Source of the DNA: an uncultured delta proteobacterium
GTDB lineage: Bacteria > Desulfobacterota > RBG-13-43-22
Assembly (NCBI GenBank): GCA_963790475.1
Contig: CAWBOS010000006.1
Span: 640,001 to 704,000, forward strand
Length of the DNA: 64,000 nt
Reading direction: 5' to 3'
Positions within the stretch are counted from its first letter, which is position 1; the number at the start of each line of letters is the position of its first letter. The translations under genes and the position numbers were made by a program. The notes under the pieces are model-generated. The model saw only the letters and a list, made by a program, of their open reading frames with translations. It was not told where the DNA came from and searched no databases. Below are positions 10,382 to 17,293 of the stretch, in pieces.

Positions 10382-10410
10382 TATATATCAGAGGGGCGGT
10401 CTTATGTCAA
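10382..10410 (-). promoter_or_regulatory. Putative sigma70 promoter of the RHH-ExeA-CpsD-Wzc unit
   Basis: Minus strand TTGACA (10410-10405), 17 nt spacer, TGn-TATATA; overlapped by inverted repeat ATGTCA-N14-TGACAT (10404-10429). Confidence 0.45.
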
Positions 10411-10591
10411 CATAAAAAATTAATGACATTTAATTTTTTTTATTGTTATTTAATTAGAATGGATTATAATTAATGAGAGATAATCGACCATATTTTTTAT
10501 TTCTTGTATATAACTGATTAAATTTAAACCAATAAATTGCCTGATTCTATCCACTTGACGAAAAGGTTTAGTATTAAGCTAAGGAGGCAAT

Positions 10592-10696
10592 ATGGTCCTA
10601 TTCATCTTAGGCTTATTTGTGGGATGCAATTTAGGGGTTTTTCTAATTTCTTTGGTGGTAAAATCCAAAGAAGCGACGAGGCCTTCGAACTTGTAG
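10592..10696 (+). CDS. Small single-TM protein (34 aa, DUF3789-like)
   Basis: AAGGAGG then ATG: MVLFILGLFVGCNLGVFLISLVVKSKEATRPSNL; below the ORF-track cutoff. Confidence 0.65.
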   Translation: MVLFILGLFVGCNLGVFLISLVVKSKEATRPSNL

Positions 10697-10774
10697 TCCA
10701 ATAATCTCCGGCAGTGCCGGAATCCTAAAAGGGGCCAGATTGCCAGCCAAAATCCTTAATTAAATCCTTCCCGG

Positions 10775-11998
10775 TCAGGAGAGTTCAGAAATGGTCAGTT
10801 CCAGAAGGGAATGAATCACCTGGGGATTAAAATGCTCGTCCAAATTGGGGATGATCTTCTGTTCATAAAGTTTCCCTTCTATTTCTTTCTTGAGCACTTT
10901 GAAAAAAGCGGTAACAATCTGTTTTTCAAACTGGATATTGACGTTTTTTCGAATTTCTTTTAGTGTCTTTTCAAAACTGAGACGATGGCGATAGGGACGA
11001 TGGCTGGTCATGGCATCAAAAGCATCGGCCAGACAGATGATCTTAGCCCCTCTGGAGATTTGATCCCCTTTTAAACCATCGGGATACCCATGGCCGTCTA
11101 ATTTTTCATGGTGGGATTTGGCCATGAGCGGTACGTCGGCCCAAGGGAAACGGATCGTCGACAATATCTGATAGCCCGCCTTGGTATGTTCCATAATTTC
11201 CGTGAACTCCCTGGAGGTGAGGTGTTTTTTCTTATTGATGATATCTCGATCGACTACAATTTTTCCGACATCGTGCAGCAGACCGGCTACATAAAAACCC
11301 TCCAGGACTTCTCCCGATAAACCCATTTCTTTCCCGATAGCCACGGCATACTGGGCCACCCGGTTGGAATGGCCCCGGGTGTAAGAATCTTTGGCATCGA
11401 TTGCTGCGGCAAAGGCCCGTATGGTATCGTCATAAATAAACCGCAGGTTCTCCACCATTTTCTGATTTTCATTCACTTTCAGGTTTAAGGCTTCGAGTAG
11501 ACTTTGGCTGTAAAGGGCATTGGCAATAGGATGTCCGAGCAAGGCAAGAACGTTTTTATCCATCGGGGTGTAAGGGGCTTCATCCAATTTGGCCCCCAGG
11601 CAAATCAGTCCGATCAATTCTCCTTTAACCTGTAAGGGGACACCCAAGACCACTTTTAATCGGGAGAAAAGAGGCAAATTGGAGTCGTAAAAACGACGGA
11701 TCTCCGTTCTTCGTCCCCCAAAGGAAAAAATTCCGGGATTCGCTCTGAGATAGACCTCGGTTTCAAGGGGAAGCACCAGTTTCGCAAGCTCGTCTTTATT
11801 TAATCCTTTGGCGGCCAACAAGCCCAGGCATTTTTTTGTCTCCTCCAGGGCAAAGATTCCCCCCCGGGTAATGGAAAGGGTCCCTAAAATCATGTGCAGA
11901 GAATTCCGGATGGAAAGCTGAAAATTCCGGGCCGACCGGACTTCTTCCCCCAACTCAGAAAGGGTCGAAAAGACATAAAAGAGCTTTTTGTAATCCAT
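10775..11998 (-). CDS. GAF + HD-GYP cyclic-dinucleotide phosphodiesterase
   Basis: VPLQVKGELIGLICLG (GAF); HSNRVA, LHDVGK, HHEKLDGHGYP, ADAFDAMTSHRPYR. Confidence 0.92.
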   Translation of the reverse strand: MDYKKLFYVFSTLSELGEEVRSARNFQLSIRNSLHMILGTLSITRGGIFALEETKKCLGLLAAKGLNKDELAKLVLPLETEVYLRANPGIFSFGGRRTEIRRFYDSNLPLFSRLKVVLGVPLQVKGELIGLICLGAKLDEAPYTPMDKNVLALLGHPIANALYSQSLLEALNLKVNENQKMVENLRFIYDDTIRAFAAAIDAKDSYTRGHSNRVAQYAVAIGKEMGLSGEVLEGFYVAGLLHDVGKIVVDRDIINKKKHLTSREFTEIMEHTKAGYQILSTIRFPWADVPLMAKSHHEKLDGHGYPDGLKGDQISRGAKIICLADAFDAMTSHRPYRHRLSFEKTLKEIRKNVNIQFEKQIVTAFFKVLKKEIEGKLYEQKIIPNLDEHFNPQVIHSLLELTISELS

Positions 11999-12348
11999 TA
12001 GCCCTTTTTTAAAAATTCAAACGCCTCTGAAGTGGAGGCGAAGGTAGCCGAATATTTCTTGAGTCCCACCATCTCAAAAAGTTCATCGTTGATTTTGGAT
12101 AAAGAAGTAAAGCAAACCTTGAGGGTCTTTTCCCGGGTAGCCTCGATAATGCCGACTAAAAAAGACACTCCGATACTATTGATATAGGCGATCTTGCCAA
12201 AATCGATAATAAATTTTTTATAGCTTTCTTTTACCTTGGTCTTAAACAACTTTTCAATCTCTTCTCCTCCCAAATCGTTCAGATATCCCTGAAGTTTAAA
12301 AAGGATTACATCCCTCTGCTGTTCTTGAGTTACCTTAAAATTTCTCAT
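11998..12348 (-). CDS. STAS-domain anti-anti-sigma factor (RsbV/SpoIIAA-like)
   Basis: LQGYL, FIIDFGKIAYINSIGV with the phosphoacceptor-position Ser, ELFEMVGL. Confidence 0.92.
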   Translation of the reverse strand: MRNFKVTQEQQRDVILFKLQGYLNDLGGEEIEKLFKTKVKESYKKFIIDFGKIAYINSIGVSFLVGIIEATREKTLKVCFTSLSKINDELFEMVGLKKYSATFASTSEAFEFLKKG

Positions 12349-14062
12349 CTTCTCTCACACCCTCTTGCCGGATTAATTTTTTGGTCATGAAAAGCCTGGT
12401 TCCGATTTCGGTTTTCTCGAAACGGACTTCATCCATCATTTCTTTGATTAAAGCAAAGCCACGGCCCCTTTTTTGTGAAAAGGGGACCCCCTCTCGAATG
12501 ATCCTGGCCTGAACGGCTACCGGATCAAAGGCCTGTCCCCGATCTTCAACCAGAATTTCGATCGCTTCCGGTCGAACCGCGAAATAAATGCGAATCTTTT
12601 TTTCAAAGCTTTGGCTGTGTTCGCCGGCGTTGATGCAGGCTTCGATAAGGGCGACCTTGATCTTTTCAACACTGGCCTCATCCAAATCTGAATAAGTGGC
12701 AATCTGCTCCAGAGCCCGTACCGCCACCAGCTCAGATTCCGAGTTTACAGGTAGCACCAAACTAAATTGCAATCCATTTTCGCTTGAAAGGGGAGACGAT
12801 GCCCCTTCTTCTTCAGATTTTGAAAGTCCCTCCTCGATCTTCTTTCCCAACTGTTCGATAATTTGGCCAAGATTCTCTCCCCGGAAGTGTTTTCTTACCA
12901 GCACTTCCACCCAATCCCGAAGAACCCGGTTGTTCTCCAATCCGATATTTCCAAAACGTTCCCAAACAAGACCGGCCCGTTCCAATAATCGAATTAGAGA
13001 TTGGCCCTTCTTGGAAGGCGAATCGACCGTCCTTGATAAATCGGTCATAGTAATTCCGGCCCCCTCTGATTTCAAAAGTTGACCTAAGATCTTGAGAAGT
13101 AAGCGTCCATCCCAGGGGTCCATCCCCGAAAAATCATAAAGCCGGTTTTCAAATACCCGCCCTAATCCCCCCTGCCAGAGGGACTTCAGGTATAACTCAA
13201 CAAATCTTCGATGGCTTTCCAATTCAGGGGCTTCCAGTCGGGCCTCCCGTATCAGAAAAGTGAAAAACCCGGGATTGGATTCCAAATAAAGAAACCAAGT
13301 AGGACTCAAGTCTTTGGCAATCTTGACCTTAAAAGTTTTTTCCAGAAAAAGGCGCAGTTCTTCCTCGGCCTCCTCCGGGAAAGGAGATAATTCAATAACC
13401 GGTATATCAGGAGGGCCAAAAGAAGGAAGAAGGTGTTTGAGCAAATAGCCGGGAGGCTCTCCCGAGAAAAGATGCGGGGCCCAGGGGGAGGCTATCGCTT
13501 CCCGCCATAATCCGGCAATACCCTTCCCGGTTATCGAGAAGGCCTCAATGAATTGAATATGATCGACCATCACCCAGACCGGTTTATTCGATGCCTGGGC
13601 AATACGCCCGGGGGCGGCCAAAGCGTTTAACAATCCTTTTCGTTCGTCTCTGGTCCTGACCGCGCGGTGGTGTGCCAGAATTATTTCCTCAATAATTTCT
13701 TTTCCCTGCCTCTCGGCCTCTTGCTTAAGGCCGGAGAAAGAAAACGAAGACTGACCCCGGGTAGCGATCCGTTCTTTTCGGTCAAACAAAAGGATTTGGC
13801 TGAAAACGGAGACCAGATACTCTTCGGCAAAATCCAAAGGATCGATAAAGTCCCGGGGAAAAGAGAAATAAACGGGAATGACCTCTTCCTGGCCCCAAAA
13901 CAGTATCTCCTTCAGCTTCTTTAACAGGGCGCTTTTCCCTCTTCCCCAGGGAGAGATCAAAAACGAATCCTCTCCCCGGCCCTGAGCGACTTCCTCCCCC
14001 TTTTTTTTGAAAAGGTCCAGTTCGAAATGACGATTGATAAAGGGGTTCTCTTCTATTTTCAC
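12335..14062 (-). CDS. P-loop (STAND/archaeal-ATPase-like) domain fused to RsbW-type anti-sigma Ser kinase
   Basis: N-term FINRHFEL, SPWGRGKS, VMVDH and a wHTH-like segment; C-term ALIEACINAGEH, VEDRGQAFD, RGRGFALIKEMMDEV. Confidence 0.85.
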   Translation of the reverse strand: MKIEENPFINRHFELDLFKKKGEEVAQGRGEDSFLISPWGRGKSALLKKLKEILFWGQEEVIPVYFSFPRDFIDPLDFAEEYLVSVFSQILLFDRKERIATRGQSSFSFSGLKQEAERQGKEIIEEIILAHHRAVRTRDERKGLLNALAAPGRIAQASNKPVWVMVDHIQFIEAFSITGKGIAGLWREAIASPWAPHLFSGEPPGYLLKHLLPSFGPPDIPVIELSPFPEEAEEELRLFLEKTFKVKIAKDLSPTWFLYLESNPGFFTFLIREARLEAPELESHRRFVELYLKSLWQGGLGRVFENRLYDFSGMDPWDGRLLLKILGQLLKSEGAGITMTDLSRTVDSPSKKGQSLIRLLERAGLVWERFGNIGLENNRVLRDWVEVLVRKHFRGENLGQIIEQLGKKIEEGLSKSEEEGASSPLSSENGLQFSLVLPVNSESELVAVRALEQIATYSDLDEASVEKIKVALIEACINAGEHSQSFEKKIRIYFAVRPEAIEILVEDRGQAFDPVAVQARIIREGVPFSQKRGRGFALIKEMMDEVRFEKTEIGTRLFMTKKLIRQEGVREDEKF

Positions 14063-14065
14063 GAT

Positions 14066-15694
14066 CTAATCTCCATCCGCTTTCTTTTCTAATTCTAAAA
14101 TTCTCAAAGACAGCTCGTTGGAACATGGGCCGTTTTTCCCCTTGTATTTATTTAATAACCCGATGGCCTTCTCTCTCTCCCCTTTTTTTTCTAAAATGAC
14201 CGAGGCCAGCATAAAAGCCTTTTCAAACCCCGAGTTTTTCTTAATAGCCTCATTGACACAGGACAGGGCCGACTCCCAATCTTCCTCCGCCAGATAAATT
14301 TCAGCAAGATCCAGGTAAACGTCCGGGAATTGGATGCCCTGTTCCATCAAGATCTCCAACTCATTTTTGGCCCTCTCCTGCATGTTAATCTTCATAAAGA
14401 TATGATAGAGATTGATACGGGGTTTAAAATAATAGGGATTGATTTCCAGAGCCTTGGAAAAGGACTTAATCGCCTTATCCCAATCATCCATTTGATCATA
14501 AATCTTTCCCAATTGATAATGGAGATCCGCATAATTGGGTGTCTTGGTGATCGCCTCTTCATAAACCCGGATCAGGGTGGTTAACAGGGGGCGATCCCAT
14601 TTGGAACCGAACTTCTCCAATATTTCAATATAATCCGGGACGATGGATAGTTGTTGGGGAAAAATTTGTAACACCGCTTCCAGATAATCTTCCTGCAGGA
14701 GATCCATTTGGGCCATGACAGGCTCCTGGCCCTCGGCCGGCACCATTTTTTTTCTTCTATCCAAACGATCCAATATTTTTATGGCGAACGAACGCTTCGG
14801 TTCTTCCAAATCGAGATCCAGGGCCTTTTGAATTTCTTTCTCCGCCTTCTCAGGCTCATTATTTCTCAGGAATAAGATCCCCAGAATAAAACGAGGATTG
14901 GCATAGTTCTCGTTGACCTCCAGGGCCTTCCGGATACAGTCTCCGGCTCCACTCCAATCTTTTTTTGCCGCCCGGATCAAGCCGGCGTGATAATGGAGAT
15001 CGGGGAAGTTTGGTTTTTTCTTGATTAGTTCATTGAGTTTCTCCAGGGAAGAGTCATAGTTGCCCTGGGCGGCCATAATCAAAGATAACTGGATCCTGGC
15101 TGAAAGATAATGGGGATTCAGGTCAACGGCCTTGGAAAAGGCTTTTTGGGCCTGATCAAATTGCCTCTGGTGGGCATAAACCATCCCCAGGTGATAATGG
15201 AAGTCGGCAAATTTTGGATTCAATTCAACCAGGTGCTGCATTTCTTCCAAGGCTTCTTCATATTTCCTTAAATTATATAGAACAATAGCCACCTTATAAC
15301 GCAAAGAAAGGAGATCGGGGGCCACTTCCAGGACCTTGGAAAAGGCGGTCATGGCTTTTTGATATTTTTTCCAGTTATTGTAGGCAACTCCCAAATAATT
15401 ATAGATTTCGTAATGCGTCGGATTAAATTCCAGGGCCAGGTTAAAATGGGCGATGGCCTCCGGGTAATCCCCTTTATGCAGGAAGAGCAATCCAAGGTTG
15501 CGGTGTATTATCCCGCTGTAAAGCGAGGCCAGGTTATAATGCAAACTGTTTTCGTCCTGACCAAATGCGGTTATTTTTTTAAATTTTTCCAGGGCCTCGA
15601 GGAAAAGACCCTGGTTGTAGAGTTCGATTCCTTCTTCGTAAAAAGTTTCCTTTCCGAAGGTGATAATTTTCTTGATGGTATTTTTTAGTTCCAT
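14066..15694 (-). CDS. Tetratricopeptide repeat protein (cytoplasmic, many TPRs)
   Basis: Repeated NP-x-[YF]-A-D-x-HY-x-LG units; no signal peptide. Confidence 0.92.
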   Translation of the reverse strand: MELKNTIKKIITFGKETFYEEGIELYNQGLFLEALEKFKKITAFGQDENSLHYNLASLYSGIIHRNLGLLFLHKGDYPEAIAHFNLALEFNPTHYEIYNYLGVAYNNWKKYQKAMTAFSKVLEVAPDLLSLRYKVAIVLYNLRKYEEALEEMQHLVELNPKFADFHYHLGMVYAHQRQFDQAQKAFSKAVDLNPHYLSARIQLSLIMAAQGNYDSSLEKLNELIKKKPNFPDLHYHAGLIRAAKKDWSGAGDCIRKALEVNENYANPRFILGILFLRNNEPEKAEKEIQKALDLDLEEPKRSFAIKILDRLDRRKKMVPAEGQEPVMAQMDLLQEDYLEAVLQIFPQQLSIVPDYIEILEKFGSKWDRPLLTTLIRVYEEAITKTPNYADLHYQLGKIYDQMDDWDKAIKSFSKALEINPYYFKPRINLYHIFMKINMQERAKNELEILMEQGIQFPDVYLDLAEIYLAEEDWESALSCVNEAIKKNSGFEKAFMLASVILEKKGEREKAIGLLNKYKGKNGPCSNELSLRILELEKKADGD

Positions 15695-16033
15695 AAAGTA
15701 TCGCGGTGGCCCATTACCTTGAACCTCGGCCGGAAAGCACTGCCGGGATGGTACGGATTAAAATATTTTTTATCATATTCTATCAGCGAACACAACCGGT
15801 TCTTAATATTTGTTTTTTGCTATCCCGGACAAAACACGGGGTTAATATCAAAGCAGCCCCACCCTATTGTTCGAAACTGGCGCAGGGACCGGAGGTCCTC
15901 CCGGCCTGGCTCTGGTCACTCTTAGCCATTCGGGCCGGATTAGAAGCATAATCACCCTTTGAAAAGCTCTCGAAACAAGCCCCCCCTTCGACCAGCCCCC
16001 CAAAATTGAAAGACAAATTTCAAATATCATCCT

Positions 16034-17245
16034 TTAGATTTTCGGGCGAAACCTTCGGTCATATCCGGTCATTTCCACATATCCGTTCCCGGTCACGGTC
16101 CGACCTTTATAGATTCCCTTCACTTTTACGATACCTTCCCAGTAAGTGATGCCGGTACTTTTGGGGGTCATCAATTCTTGATCGGTCATCAAGGGAACCA
16201 GTTCCAGCCGTAGATCGTGCTGCGGAAAATAAACCTCCCAGGAAGCAGGATAGGAGGCGCCGCTACGGGAACTTTTCCAAAAGTTTAATACCCGGAGATC
16301 GAAATCAGATAATAAAAGATGAATAGGGCGGTAATCAGGTCCGGCCATGGTCCCGCTGGAGTTCGGGTCCACCTGGCCATCCTCATGGCGCAGCTGATAA
16401 ATCATCAGATCCATCCCATTATCAAGCTGAACGGAGAACCAGTCCCATCCGATTTGTGTATCCTGAAGTTGATTACTGCCGAACTCATGGTCCATCCAGC
16501 TAATTCCGGTGACCGGAATTTCTTTCCCCTTGATTTTTAAAATCCCCTTGGTTTCCATTCGGGTCATGGAATAATAATGGGAGGCCCGGCCGGCCCCGGA
16601 CCCTTTCTGGACAACTCCATTAATCCCGTGAATCAGGGGAGGGCCGGTCGGGATAATTTTGAGGGAAACGGAAAGATCAGCATCACCGGCCTGTATATGA
16701 TGTCCTTTTCCCTCTTCGATCACTTTCCAGTTTTCCACCCAGATCCGATATTGATCGGCATCCGCCCCGGCCAATCCTAAATTGCCCCGGTCGGCCTTTT
16801 CCTGATAAAGGAATTTTTTATTACTAATGTCGGAAACTGCCAGATGGGCCAAATAGACATCCCGGATGCGCCAGCGGGAGCCTTCCGGCGGCAGCGGACC
16901 CGGGATCAATCCCACCCGGAAAAAAGTGACCTGATACCCGAAGCTCTCTCCTCCAGGACCCTTGAGATACCCGTTGTAATACCACCATTCAGTCTTGAAT
17001 TCCCGGTGCACCCGGTGATCTCTGGGAAATTCATACTTCCAACCGGGGAGGGCCGGTTTGAAGCCGGGCATTTCGCCGGCAATGGTCCGGGAGGCGACTA
17101 TCAACAAGAAAAGAATGATAAAAAGGAAACGGAGATGCGGAGACGCGGAGACTCGGAGAGGGTCATTCCCCGTTTCTCCCCTTCTCCGTTTCTCCCCTTC
17201 TAAGAATCGCCCCGTCTTCGTGTTATTCTTCGTCATGCCATTCAT
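16034..17245 (-). CDS. AttH/CrtC-like secreted lipocalin-fold protein
   Basis: FPRDH..H..F.TEWWY, SWMDHEFGS, GWDWFSVQL, YWEG, GYVEMTGY. Start is 17245 or 17236. Confidence 0.88.
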   Translation of the reverse strand: MNGMTKNNTKTGRFLEGEKRRRGETGNDPLRVSASPHLRFLFIILFLLIVASRTIAGEMPGFKPALPGWKYEFPRDHRVHREFKTEWWYYNGYLKGPGGESFGYQVTFFRVGLIPGPLPPEGSRWRIRDVYLAHLAVSDISNKKFLYQEKADRGNLGLAGADADQYRIWVENWKVIEEGKGHHIQAGDADLSVSLKIIPTGPPLIHGINGVVQKGSGAGRASHYYSMTRMETKGILKIKGKEIPVTGISWMDHEFGSNQLQDTQIGWDWFSVQLDNGMDLMIYQLRHEDGQVDPNSSGTMAGPDYRPIHLLLSDFDLRVLNFWKSSRSGASYPASWEVYFPQHDLRLELVPLMTDQELMTPKSTGITYWEGIVKVKGIYKGRTVTGNGYVEMTGYDRRFRPKI

Positions 17246-17292
17246 CTCCCCGTCACCGCCTCTCTCCCTCTCCGTGTCTCCGTGTCCGCCCC
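17129..17292. repeat. Inverted 8-mer tandem repeat arms (ACGGAGAC-type), no enclosed gene
   Basis: acggagatgcggagacgcggagactcggag ... ccccgtttctccccttctccgtttctcccc ... catctccccgtcaccg ... ccgtgtctccgtgtc. Confidence 0.8.
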
Positions 17293-17293
17293 C

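Noticed and set aside
10385-10412. dif site at TTATGTCAACA
   Set aside because: No XerC-like arm; better explained as a -35 box/operator.
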